From positions 137,578 through 201,577 of the forward strand of contig CAYMOT010000001.1 of NCBI GenBank assembly GCA_964392315.1: a stretch of DNA of 64,000 nucleotides. Direction: 5' to 3'. The notes under the pieces are model-generated. The model saw nothing but the letters and a program-made list of their open reading frames with translations. It was not told where the DNA came from and made no database searches. This document shows, piece by piece, positions 18,780 through 28,085 of this stretch (the first letter of the stretch is position 1; every line of letters starts with the position of its first letter). Both the position numbers and the translations under genes were made by a program. Origin of the DNA: an uncultured Candidatus Saccharibacteria bacterium. Lineage in GTDB: Bacteria; Patescibacteriota; 4484-211; JAGQKX01.

Positions 18780-19850
18780 ATGCACGACACGCCCCAACCT
18801 ACGTCGAGTTTGCGCACACATGTACTGGGATTCTTCTTAATCTTATTGTTCTTCGATACTATTGTTGCAGCTGTGCTCAGTACGTACGGTAGAATGCTGG
18901 AAAAAGCAGGAGCTTGGCCGTGGGGTATCTCATTAGGTCAAATCAGCGGTGCAGCGATTGTGCTCACCAATCTTCTCCTGATCGCCTGGTACATCGAAAA
19001 AAAACTACAACCACTCGAAGAGCTCAGTGCACTTGCAACAAGGCTTGGAAAAGGAGACCTTTATAGCCGCACGACTATTCAAGAAAATACCGAGATTGGG
19101 CAATTGGCACATAACCTCAATGTAATGGCAGATCGCATCACCGAACAAATAGAGTCGCTACAGAAAGCGAATGATCTCAAACAGGAATTTATCGCGATTT
19201 CATCACATAATCTCCAAACACCACTTATCGTCATCAGAGGATACTTGGAGCAGGTAGCAAAATCATCTCATCCAACACCGGAGCATATTCAAAAAGCGCT
19301 CGACGGAATTGCAAAACAAACAACTCAGCTTAATTACCTGGTAAAACGACTTTTGGAGATTAACCAACTACAAGGAGAACTCATATCTCTCCATAAGCAT
19401 AACACAGACTTTGTTGCCCTTACCCAAGACGCTATTAAAAAATTTGAAGCGTATGCCCGTTCAAAAGACATAACAATTTCGTTCGTTGCACCCGATGTAC
19501 CGGTAACTGCACGTTTCGACCCAAAATGGGTCGCGTATGTTTGGGAGAACCTGCTAGATAACGCCGTTAAGTTTACCTCTTCACACGGTACCATCAAAAT
19601 CACTATTGGTAACACACAAGAGGGAGTGTTTGGCGAGATCTTGGACACAGGAATAGGCATCCCCGAAGCAGAACAAGAGCAGATGTTTTTGCCCTTTCAT
19701 CGGGCACAGGAGGTGTTGGATGCATCGTATGCAGGGGTGGGGCTTGGATTATATGGCGCCAAGCTCGTCATCGATCGCCATCAAGGAAGTATTCGACTAC
19801 GCTCTCTCGAAGGTGGAGGCACTACCGTCCGTTTTACCCTTCCTCAATAA
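18780..19850 (+). CDS. Sensor histidine kinase (2 TM, HAMP-like linker, HisKA, HATPase_c)
   Basis: H-box FIAISSHNLQTPL, N-box LLDNAVKF, and G-boxes ILDTGIGIP and GVGLGLY. Confidence 0.8.
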   Translation: MHDTPQPTSSLRTHVLGFFLILLFFDTIVAAVLSTYGRMLEKAGAWPWGISLGQISGAAIVLTNLLLIAWYIEKKLQPLEELSALATRLGKGDLYSRTTIQENTEIGQLAHNLNVMADRITEQIESLQKANDLKQEFIAISSHNLQTPLIVIRGYLEQVAKSSHPTPEHIQKALDGIAKQTTQLNYLVKRLLEINQLQGELISLHKHNTDFVALTQDAIKKFEAYARSKDITISFVAPDVPVTARFDPKWVAYVWENLLDNAVKFTSSHGTIKITIGNTQEGVFGEILDTGIGIPEAEQEQMFLPFHRAQEVLDASYAGVGLGLYGAKLVIDRHQGSIRLRSLEGGGTTVRFTLPQ

Positions 19851-20380
19851 GATGCACCCGATTCGATCAGAAGCGCGGTCACACGTTCTAAGAGTGCTCG
19901 ATGGAATTCAAGCATCTCTGAGGCAAGATTTGATAACTCTGGTACATATTTGGCCGCCGTATATCCACCAATTAGTCCCCAATGCACAATAGCGGCACCT
20001 TCGAAAAAACCAAGCCATTCCAGAATCTCAAGATGGTCGTTCCATTCATCTTGAAGATAGAGGTCACGCATATTCACCAGCTTTGCAGACGTCCGAGCGG
20101 CTTTGTCATGCACACTCTGCGCATCATCGATATGCTGCAGGAAACTCTCCATTTGTTCGAGTGCTTTATTTTTTTGTTCAAGTATTCGATCCATCTCTTG
20201 CTCTTCGAAAACACGCATAAGCGCTTCTTGCCCTCTATCAAATGTGTCCAAACCTACCTGTGTAAAAGCCAATACCTCACCGACCTTTCTTAATACATGA
20301 GCATCGTACATATCCGAATCTGTCATAGCGAGAGTATACCATGGTAGAATATTTTCAAATGCCACAGGTCTCACTATCAT
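19844..20380 (-). CDS. Hypothetical helical protein (178 aa)
   Basis: ORF only. Overlaps the kinase stop by 7 bp. No family recognised. Confidence 0.35.
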   Translation of the reverse strand: MIVRPVAFENILPWYTLAMTDSDMYDAHVLRKVGEVLAFTQVGLDTFDRGQEALMRVFEEQEMDRILEQKNKALEQMESFLQHIDDAQSVHDKAARTSAKLVNMRDLYLQDEWNDHLEILEWLGFFEGAAIVHWGLIGGYTAAKYVPELSNLASEMLEFHRALLERVTALLIESGASY

Positions 20381-20469
20381 CTGCCCCTTCCTTTGTTCCC
20401 AATCGAAAAAACATTTGCATATTTGCTTATTTGTATTATTTTTTTATTACTTGATAGGGGGTGAGACGT

Positions 20470-21036
20470 ATGCTCTCAAATTTAGTTAAACAAACCACAG
20501 ACGCAGTGGTAAATGCAATAAACGGCGCTGATGATATTATGTCCGCGGTCCGTTCTACCGTACGTAATCAAGTTACCGGAGTCCTCGGAGATGCTGATGC
20601 GATTGCTACGGGAGGAATGGAAGCCGTGACGAGTGTTGTATCTGGTGCCGTCAAGAGCGCGGGAGAAGTCGGGGAGTCGGTCACTACTGTTGCCGTCAAC
20701 ACCGTCGGTGGTGCTATTACTGGTGTCGCTGATGTCGGTGGTGATATTATTGACGCAGTGGGCAAAACGGTACGAAGCGCTATCTCTACAACCGCTGAGG
20801 TTGGTGGGGACGTCGGTGCTGTTGCCGTGTCAGTTGTGCAAGAGGCGATTAAAACTGCTGGTGACGTTGGTGTAAATACCGCTGAAGCAACAGAAGCAGC
20901 AGTGCTCGGCGCAGTCCATGCTGCAGACGAAGTCGGCTCTGACACCGCTAACGCGGTCCGTGACGCACTCCTTGGTGCTGCCGCATTACCGCGTGATGTC
21001 GTTGAACGAGTAATTAACGGAAGTGAAAAGGAGTAA
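20470..21036 (+). CDS. Tandem-repeat protein built from about 8 copies of a 22-residue (2x11) Ala/Val/Gly-rich repeat
   Basis: AGGGGG sits 8 nt before the ATG at 20470. The protein contains units AVKSAGEVGESVTTVAVNTVGG, AITGVADVGGDIIDAVGKTVRS, AISTTAEVGGDVGAVAVSVVQE, AIKTAGDVGVNTAEATEAAVLG and AVHAADEVGSDTANAVRDALLG. These correspond to about 66-bp DNA repeats. Confidence 0.5.
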   Translation: MLSNLVKQTTDAVVNAINGADDIMSAVRSTVRNQVTGVLGDADAIATGGMEAVTSVVSGAVKSAGEVGESVTTVAVNTVGGAITGVADVGGDIIDAVGKTVRSAISTTAEVGGDVGAVAVSVVQEAIKTAGDVGVNTAEATEAAVLGAVHAADEVGSDTANAVRDALLGAAALPRDVVERVINGSEKE

Positions 21037-21066
21037 CCGTTAGATTTATGCTCTCGGGATGTCATC

Positions 21067-22353
21067 TTGTATGGCATCCCCATGAGCACTCTTGGTATGA
21101 ATACACTGCCACTAAGAAGTACATTTATACGCATCATCACAAATGACCTTCCTGATACCGAAGACCATGCTCTTATCCAACGCATCAAGGCACTCAATCT
21201 TGTCGGGTTCCTATTGATATGTGCGGTATTTGTTCTTGGGCTCGTTGCCTATTTTATTAAAGGAAATACTACTTTTGGCATAATGCAATTTTTGAGTGCT
21301 GGGGCTGGTCTTGTATACCTTGCAATACAGCGAAACTTGCCTTCTGCATTATCACTACACGGGGGTATTGCAACACTTATTAGTGTAATCTTCTTACTAA
21401 CACTTCCTGACGGTATCGCGAGTTCTCACACGTTTTGGCTTTACCTCGTTCCCGTGTATTCATTCTACTTAACGGGGGTACGAGGTGGTTTGTGGTGGTC
21501 AGGAGTTACTTTTGTGATCGCTGTAATTTACATGTCACTCCCGTATCTTGGTTTACATGAACAGCCAGTCGATATCCAGTTTGTCTTGGATTTCAGCCTA
21601 TCTTTCATGGTAATCATATTTTTCGCGTTTTGGTACGAGTATTCACGTACACAATACATGTCGGAGCTATCCTCAAAAAACCAAGAGCTCGAACGTCTTA
21701 TATACACCGTGTCACACGACCTCAAAACACCAGTTGTTTCCCTCCTTGGATATATCGAGTTCATTAAAGAAGAAATACAAACCGGGGACACTCAAAAACG
21801 GGATGAGGATATAAATAAGCTGCAACAAATCACGCTCAACATGCGACAAATGATCAATGACCTTCTCAATCTCAGTCGTGTCAAAAAGACTGGTGACTAT
21901 CAGAACGTATCAACCGGTGATCTTGTCGTCAAATTATTGACTGAAACTGAACCACAGATACAAGAAAAGCATATCACGGTACACATGGAAGGCAGATTTC
22001 CGACAATCCTTGCTGATCCAAGAAAACTTGAAGAGATATTTAGAAACCTTATATCAAACGCCATTAAATATATTGGCAACCCACCCGAACCCACAATCAC
22101 TGTTGGGGTGCGTGAACATAAAGACGAATACCGTTTCTTTGTTCGAGACAACGGTATTGGCATCAAAAAATCCGAACTTACCAATATCTTTAAACCGTTC
22201 TACAGCAAGTCAGATATTTCTATCGGATCGGGTATTGGTCTCTCTATTGTTAAAGGGTTTGTAGAAGATATGGCGGGCAAAGTGTGGGTAGAATCACAAG
22301 AAAATCGCGGCAGCACATTCTGGTTCTCCCTGCCTCATGGGCACAAAACCTAA
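21067..22353 (+). CDS. Sensor histidine kinase with multi-TM N-terminal sensor domain
   Basis: About 6 TM helices followed by HisKA (YTVSHDLKTPV), N-box (LISNAIKY) and G-boxes (VRDNGIGI, GSGIGLSIV). Confidence 0.8.
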   Translation: MYGIPMSTLGMNTLPLRSTFIRIITNDLPDTEDHALIQRIKALNLVGFLLICAVFVLGLVAYFIKGNTTFGIMQFLSAGAGLVYLAIQRNLPSALSLHGGIATLISVIFLLTLPDGIASSHTFWLYLVPVYSFYLTGVRGGLWWSGVTFVIAVIYMSLPYLGLHEQPVDIQFVLDFSLSFMVIIFFAFWYEYSRTQYMSELSSKNQELERLIYTVSHDLKTPVVSLLGYIEFIKEEIQTGDTQKRDEDINKLQQITLNMRQMINDLLNLSRVKKTGDYQNVSTGDLVVKLLTETEPQIQEKHITVHMEGRFPTILADPRKLEEIFRNLISNAIKYIGNPPEPTITVGVREHKDEYRFFVRDNGIGIKKSELTNIFKPFYSKSDISIGSGIGLSIVKGFVEDMAGKVWVESQENRGSTFWFSLPHGHKT

Positions 22354-22412
22354 TACTTCATATACACTTGTCGACCTAGCACACGAGCCCGTACCCTTTT
22401 ATACTTGGTGAC

Positions 22413-22766
22413 ATGAGCTTCAATGGATATAGGGCTAACATGCCGTTTGTGCCAACTGGTACTTTTTCTGGAGAGGCATTTCAAGAGAATGCGTCTGAGC
22501 ACTTCCCGCTGGACCTCAACAAAAAACTTATACAGCACCCAGTCGCTACGTACTACATGCGTGTTGGGGCTGGTAACCTGCAAAAATTCGGCGTACAGGA
22601 ACATGACATTCTTATTATTGATCGTGCTATTACGCCCAAGTTAGATTCTCTTGTCGTGTATTTTGCCGACGACATCTTTACCATTTCCCCTACACACCTC
22701 CTACCTGCTAATACTCAAACTTGGGGGGTCGTGACGTATGTGATACGCAACATGAGAAACTCCTGA
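22413..22766 (+). CDS. UmuD-like S24 peptidase-fold protein lacking the catalytic Ser/Lys dyad
   Basis: The stretch [18 protein letters not shown]...[11 protein letters not shown] aligns with the UmuD/LexA C-terminal domain. The position of the nucleophilic Ser (the GDSM motif) reads GAGNL. No HTH domain is present. Confidence 0.55.
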   Translation: MSFNGYRANMPFVPTGTFSGEAFQENASEHFPLDLNKKLIQHPVATYYMRVGAGNLQKFGVQEHDILIIDRAITPKLDSLVVYFADDIFTISPTHLLPANTQTWGVVTYVIRNMRNS

Positions 22767-22773
22767 AATAACT

Positions 22774-24039
22774 ATGTTTGCGCTTATAGATTGCAACAAT
22801 TTCTTTGTCTCGTGCGAGCGCGTATTTCGGCCAGATCTGGAAGGAAAACCAGTGGGCGTTCTTTCAAATAACGACGGTTGTTTTGTTGCACGCTCAAACG
22901 AGCTTAAAGCACTCGGTGTTCCCATGGGCGCACCTGCCTTCGAATACCAGCATATTATAGAACGACACCACGTTATTACGTGTTCGGCAAACTTTCATCT
23001 TTACGCGGATATGTCACGCCGTATTATGCAAATAATCCGTGACAGTGCGCCTCATACTGAAATTTATTCAGTCGATGAGGCATTCGTTGACCTGTCTGGC
23101 GTACACACTCCTCTCATATACGCACACACACTTCGTGCGCGCATTATGCAATGGACTGGGATATCAGTGTCTGTAGGTATCGCACACACAAAGACACTTG
23201 CCAAACTTGCAAACGAATACGCAAAAAAACATTCAGACACTGACGGAGTGTCATATATTGACCTGCAACATGACGCTAAAGCTGCACAAGAAATCATGTC
23301 CTCTATTCCAGTTCAGGATGTTTGGGGTGTTGGTTGGCAATATACAAAATTTTTAAAAACGCATGGTATTAACACCGCAATTGACCTCTGTAACACAAAC
23401 GACACCTGGCTTCGCAAACAAACATCAATTTCGCTCCAACGAACCGTACTAGAATTGCGAGGAATCGCCTGCTTTAGGCTAAATGAACACCACGAGGACC
23501 AAAAAACCCTTATTTGCTCACGTACGTTTGGCGCACCAGTAGAGACACGCGCCCAGCTTATACATGCGCTTACCGGCCATGTCGAAAAAGCAGCAGAAAA
23601 GCTACGGCAACAAAATCTCGCCACAGGAACAATTCGGGTACATATTCGCACTAACCACCACAACAAGACTGATACATAATATGCTGCATCTCAGGAAGTC
23701 GACCTGCCGATCGCGACTTCCTACACACCCACACTCATCCATGCTGCAGCCCAAGCATTAAACAGAATTTATCGGCCAGGGCTGCGGTACAAGCACGCAG
23801 GCGTTTTGCTGCGTAATATATTTCCCAGTAATCAAATACAGCTGAATCTTCTTCATACTCTTCCCAATATCACCAAACAACATATGCTCATGTCTGCGCT
23901 CGATACGATTAATCAGAAGTGGGGCAGACATACTCTAGGATACGCGGGAAATTTTGTAACAGAACGCAAGTTGTACAATCGAAGATTCTGCTCTCCAGCC
24001 TACACAACATCTTGGGATGAAATACCACACGTGGGTTAA
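22774..24039 (+). pseudogene. umuC: umuC-like Y-family DNA polymerase interrupted by a single in-frame TAA at 23677-23679 (N-terminal 301 codons plus a C-terminal DUF4113-like 120 codons in the same frame)
   Basis: N-terminus [18 protein letters not shown]...[11 protein letters not shown] is the Y-family palm. After the stop, the same frame continues as YAASQEVDLPIATSYTPTLIHAAAQALNRIYRPGLRYKHAGVLL...SPAYTTSWDEIPHV, which is the UmuC C-terminus. The combined length is about 420 aa. Confidence 0.7.
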
Positions 24040-24040
24040 A

Positions 24041-25288
24041 CTATTTCCGTACTAATACCACAGCATTCGGAAGAAGCCGTCCAGGACCGGCTTTGTACGC
24101 ACCACTGATATACAACGCAGTAGAACCGCCACCATCTAGATTGAGCGCATGTTTTGCCCCCAACGACTGCATTATTGCTGCCATATTTGGGACACTTGCA
24201 CCTGTTGCAACGACCAAATATACATTGGCATCATCCGTCCCTATCGCGCCACGTGTTCCTCGATTATGTTGTGCCGAATCGAGAGAGTAGTTTCCCACAT
24301 CATTCTGGCCATCTCTTACAAGCATAGGGAAATTAGAAATGCCAGCAGTAAGGGCCTGGCCCACGTATCCTTTGTTCGCGCCAGCGTAGCTAACTGAAGA
24401 TCCATTAATCGCAAGCAAGGCAAAATTATTCCATTTCAGTGCTGCTTGATTTCTCCAGCTACCCGTGTTTGTGTCATATAACGGGAATGTATACGCATAA
24501 TCCCCACTACAAGACGTATATTCTGGGGGGCAGAAGTACGTACCGTGAATACCGGCATATGCACCATTCTCAGATACATACTGAGCAAGTGTTTTTGTTG
24601 GGCATCCGTCAGTACAATCGGATGCATTTGCCGCGACAGTTTTCACTGCATACTGTGAAAGGGGTAACTTGATTACATGCGCGGAAAATGTCCCTTGATC
24701 AGTAGAAACAGATTGATACGAGTATCCAACCGCCGCGGCGACTGGAGGCCTCGTCGGAATAGGGGTAGGCGTCGGCAAGGTGGCCAAATACTGCTGATAC
24801 TGAGAATTTAACGTATCCTGTGCAGATGAGATGCTCTCAACCAATGGATCAAACTCCTGCTTTAGAAACTGCTCTCCCCATTGGGGCAGTTGGTTTTTGA
24901 CGCCTCCTACATCAAGGCCACGGGCGGAGTTTCGGTCAATTAATTCCACCGTTTCTTGATAGAGCGCATATACGGATTCAATTTTCTGAAGTCGTTCTCC
25001 CTGGGCATCTTGCTTGAATTTCTCGTATTCTTCAGTTATCAGGTCTTTTGAGTTTTGAAGCGCCAGCAGATCCAAGAAGCGATAGTGGTCTTGCTCGAGG
25101 AGAGTGTCATATGCCTCCTGTAGGGTAGCACGATCTTCGGTGAATGAGGTAAAGTCACTTCGCAGTGAACCAAACTCTTGCTCTATGCCGTACACGCGAT
25201 ACATACCATACGTAATCAGCCCAGAGAATACACATCCTACGAGTAACAAGAAAAAACCTGCTTTGCGTGAAGTATGCATAGCATCCAT
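24041..25288 (-). CDS. Membrane-anchored phosphodiester glycosidase (NAGPA-like, DUF2233) family protein
   Basis: N-terminal TM helix, a coiled-coil-like region, a PTPTPIPTRPP linker, and a C-terminal domain ending in NLDGGGSTALY. Confidence 0.5.
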   Translation of the reverse strand: MDAMHTSRKAGFFLLLVGCVFSGLITYGMYRVYGIEQEFGSLRSDFTSFTEDRATLQEAYDTLLEQDHYRFLDLLALQNSKDLITEEYEKFKQDAQGERLQKIESVYALYQETVELIDRNSARGLDVGGVKNQLPQWGEQFLKQEFDPLVESISSAQDTLNSQYQQYLATLPTPTPIPTRPPVAAAVGYSYQSVSTDQGTFSAHVIKLPLSQYAVKTVAANASDCTDGCPTKTLAQYVSENGAYAGIHGTYFCPPEYTSCSGDYAYTFPLYDTNTGSWRNQAALKWNNFALLAINGSSVSYAGANKGYVGQALTAGISNFPMLVRDGQNDVGNYSLDSAQHNRGTRGAIGTDDANVYLVVATGASVPNMAAIMQSLGAKHALNLDGGGSTALYISGAYKAGPGRLLPNAVVLVRK

Positions 25289-25314
25289 TTCAGAATAGTA
25301 GCATACTTAACCTG

Positions 25315-26640
25315 TTACTTTAAGGTGAATCGTTCGGTGAGGATTCGGTGTTTTGGCACACCAAGGCCTTTCAGCACCTTCCGTACACCTTTTGTCATAG
25401 GCAAGGGACCGCATATAAAATATGTGGCTGTCTGTATGTTAATGACTTCCTCCTGGATTACCTCCTGAGTAATATTTCCGTATCGCTCACCCTCAACGTG
25501 CTCAGCTGAGTACACGTGCACTACTTTGAGGTTAGAGAACCTCTCCGCCATCACAGAGAGCTCATCTTTAAAGACAACTTCTTTGGGAGTCCTATTGCCA
25601 TAAAGAAGCGTAACGCCATGTCGAAAGCCTTTTTTTGCCATCGTCCGAAGCATACTCATCAAGGGAGTTATCCCCACTCCCCCCGCAATAAATACAAATG
25701 GCCCTTCCATACCTTGATAACTAAAAGCACCGTATGGTCCATCAATAAGCGCTTTATCACCTGGACTCACTTTGTCTAACTGTGAAGTGTAATCGCCTAG
25801 CTCTTTGATGGTAAAAGATATTTCTGCCTCCTGGGGGTCTGACGAAAGCGTAAAGTGGTGCTCCTCGGAAGAAAGCCCTTTTGAGAAAAACCGGACAAAT
25901 GCAAACTGCCCGGGTGCATATACCATGGCGTGATCTGCGGCACGCAAATAAATACTTCGCACATCACGAGCCTCTTGCACTACACGAGTCACTTTATACT
26001 GCTGATACTTGAGGCGATGGCGAAAGAAAATTCGATACACAATGAGCACCCCTGAGATGACCGCCAACACAAGCCACCACCAAAACACCCAGTTTCTCGC
26101 TGCAATATTGGAGCTGACAAACAAACCATGCACGAACCCTAGTAGTACTATTCCGTACGCAAGATAATGCAGTAACCGCCACCTCTCATACGACAATCCA
26201 AACCGGTGCGAATATAATGCACCAATTACCGTCACTACGATCAAGCCAAGTGCAGCATACCCAACGTAGTGTCCAGGCTGAAGACCATTTATAACTTGTT
26301 CTAAGGACAGCCCCAATTGACGGAGAGGGCCATAGTAGACAAGTGCGGGATGGATAAAAACAAGAAGCGTTAGGATACGTGCATTCATACTGTGCCACTT
26401 GAGTAACGTATCGTACCCTATCCCATGCTCCAAAAAAGAAAGCCTACTCGAAAGGATTAATTGTCCCACCAGCATTGTTAAGCTAACCAATCCCACTCCT
26501 CTCCCCATGGCGATCATCCAAGTAATGCGCGATGATGGCTGCGCATAAATGACAGAGACAACAAAAAGCAGGACTAATAGTGCAACATATCCCCAAAGGA
26601 TGTTTCTCTTTTTATTTGGTGCATAGAGCTGTTTCGCCAT
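25315..26640 (-). CDS. NOX/FRE-like ferric reductase: transmembrane ferric-reductase domain fused to FAD- and NAD(P)-binding domains
   Basis: An N-terminal 6-TM region is followed by HHFTLSS (an HPFT-like FAD-binding motif) and GGVGITP (an NAD-binding motif). The C-terminal CGP motif is also present. Confidence 0.7.
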   Translation of the reverse strand: MAKQLYAPNKKRNILWGYVALLVLLFVVSVIYAQPSSRITWMIAMGRGVGLVSLTMLVGQLILSSRLSFLEHGIGYDTLLKWHSMNARILTLLVFIHPALVYYGPLRQLGLSLEQVINGLQPGHYVGYAALGLIVVTVIGALYSHRFGLSYERWRLLHYLAYGIVLLGFVHGLFVSSNIAARNWVFWWWLVLAVISGVLIVYRIFFRHRLKYQQYKVTRVVQEARDVRSIYLRAADHAMVYAPGQFAFVRFFSKGLSSEEHHFTLSSDPQEAEISFTIKELGDYTSQLDKVSPGDKALIDGPYGAFSYQGMEGPFVFIAGGVGITPLMSMLRTMAKKGFRHGVTLLYGNRTPKEVVFKDELSVMAERFSNLKVVHVYSAEHVEGERYGNITQEVIQEEVINIQTATYFICGPLPMTKGVRKVLKGLGVPKHRILTERFTLK

Positions 26641-26644
26641 AGTG

Positions 26645-28054
26645 TTACTCTACTGGAAGTGACAGATACGATAAGATTGCATTTCTTATCTCTCCTGTCT
26701 CAATACGAGGTTGGGCATAATCGTAAATTTTTGTGGCAATTGGTTCCAGTGCAATTATTTTGCCATCGTGCACAAACATACGCACCAGCAACCCCTCACC
26801 CGTTTCTTCTGACCACATCTGGTCAAACACTAAGTTACCCAAGCCGTAAAAGACTGGGGTTTCCTGCATAAACTCCATTGTTTGCACCCAGTGCGCCTGA
26901 TCTCCTACTATCATATCCGCACCTGCGTTACTAAATACCCGGGCCCATGCAACCTGCGCTTCTGTGTGAGGAACATGGGTATACTCAGGACCCCAATTTG
27001 GATAGACAACCACAATATCTACCTGACTTTTGAGTGCCTGAATTTCCTCCGTAACACGATGCTCATCTTGTAGACAAGTAACCCCCCAGACAGCTGATGT
27101 ATCCGCACATGGCGCGGTACCAAAAACGTTATTGTACGCAAGAATCCCGACGGTTGTTTGTGTTTCTCCTTCGCCCAGTGTCACTCGTATCGGCGTTGCT
27201 GCTGAGGCATATGTGTTGCCTAACCCTGTATGTGCCACATTATATTCATCCAAGAACTGGATTGTTTCTTCCATACCACTTTGGCCATAATCTCCGATAT
27301 GATTACCAGACACCGATACACCATCAACCCCTGCGTCAGCCATACCTTTGACATATCGCGGTTGCCCACAAAACTGTAGGGTATATCCATCATATACACA
27401 GCCCGAGGTGATTGAGCCTTTAAAGTTGATAAACGCGTAGTCTGCACGTTGCAATACCGGCGCAATACCCTCCCATGGGTACGAAATGCTGCCGTATTTT
27501 TCAATTCGCTCAGCAACCCCGCGCGAAAGAACCACGGTTCCGCCAAATAGCACCTCGTGCACCTCTTCCGGGGCCACTTCATTAGTAGATACGTCAGCCA
27601 GCTGTACACGCATGGGCCAGTCTGATGTGTCAAATAAAGCCTTGTCTTGTACTGATACTATTCTATGTCGTGGTGTTAGTTCTGAAAGAGGAATCAACGC
27701 GACTTGTGTGCTATCTATATCCGCAATCTTTGCTATATCTTCCTGTTTTGCTGCTACAAGCGTCGTTGAAAGTTCGTTCCAAATCGGAAGCGTCTCTACA
27801 CTTTCTTTATATTCCTGCGCGATTAATAGGTTCCCCGAGAATGAAGCGAGGTCAGAAAGAGCAATATTCCTAAACCCAGTAACCGGAACAAAATACACAT
27901 CGTGTAGCACAGGACTAGGCGAGATTGTTACCTCCGTTGTGGACACCGGCACTTCTGGCTCTTCGTCTGGACGGTTTAATAGCAGAAATGCGGTACAATT
28001 CACAACAACAAGTACAATTACCAAAAATGCAATCCTTTTACCATTCATATACAT
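26645..28054 (-). CDS. CapA-family metallophosphoesterase (poly-gamma-glutamate synthesis-type) with N-terminal membrane anchor
   Basis: The motifs SGNHIGDYG, GADMIVGDQAHW and GLGNLVFDQ match the PGA_cap metallophosphatase family. Confidence 0.7.
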   Translation of the reverse strand: MYMNGKRIAFLVIVLVVVNCTAFLLLNRPDEEPEVPVSTTEVTISPSPVLHDVYFVPVTGFRNIALSDLASFSGNLLIAQEYKESVETLPIWNELSTTLVAAKQEDIAKIADIDSTQVALIPLSELTPRHRIVSVQDKALFDTSDWPMRVQLADVSTNEVAPEEVHEVLFGGTVVLSRGVAERIEKYGSISYPWEGIAPVLQRADYAFINFKGSITSGCVYDGYTLQFCGQPRYVKGMADAGVDGVSVSGNHIGDYGQSGMEETIQFLDEYNVAHTGLGNTYASAATPIRVTLGEGETQTTVGILAYNNVFGTAPCADTSAVWGVTCLQDEHRVTEEIQALKSQVDIVVVYPNWGPEYTHVPHTEAQVAWARVFSNAGADMIVGDQAHWVQTMEFMQETPVFYGLGNLVFDQMWSEETGEGLLVRMFVHDGKIIALEPIATKIYDYAQPRIETGEIRNAILSYLSLPVE

Positions 28055-28085
28055 ATTATACGTGTTTGTGTGTAATTACTCGACT

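Noticed and set aside
20568-21197. 209-aa minus-strand ORF antisense to the repeat protein
   Set aside because: The Ala/Val/Gly codon repeats on the plus strand make the reverse strand open by default, and its translation is Ser/Thr/Ala low-complexity. The plus-strand frame has an RBS (AGGGGG) and a clean 22-aa periodicity. The alternative cannot be fully excluded without expression data.
23677-23679. Stop-codon reassignment (TAA read as sense) to explain the interrupted umuC
   Set aside because: Multiple well-supported genes in the window terminate at TAA (for example the ADH at 7517-7519) and at TGA (the CrtI-family gene). The standard code is therefore in use, and a nonsense mutation or sequencing error is more parsimonious.
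27486-28085. A 200-codon N-terminal extension of the alpha/beta-hydrolase ORF (track ORF 27486..28883)
   Set aside because: The extension is antisense to the well-supported capA gene and is low-complexity Ser/Thr-rich. The first ATG at 28086, followed by a hydrophobic anchor, is the plausible start.
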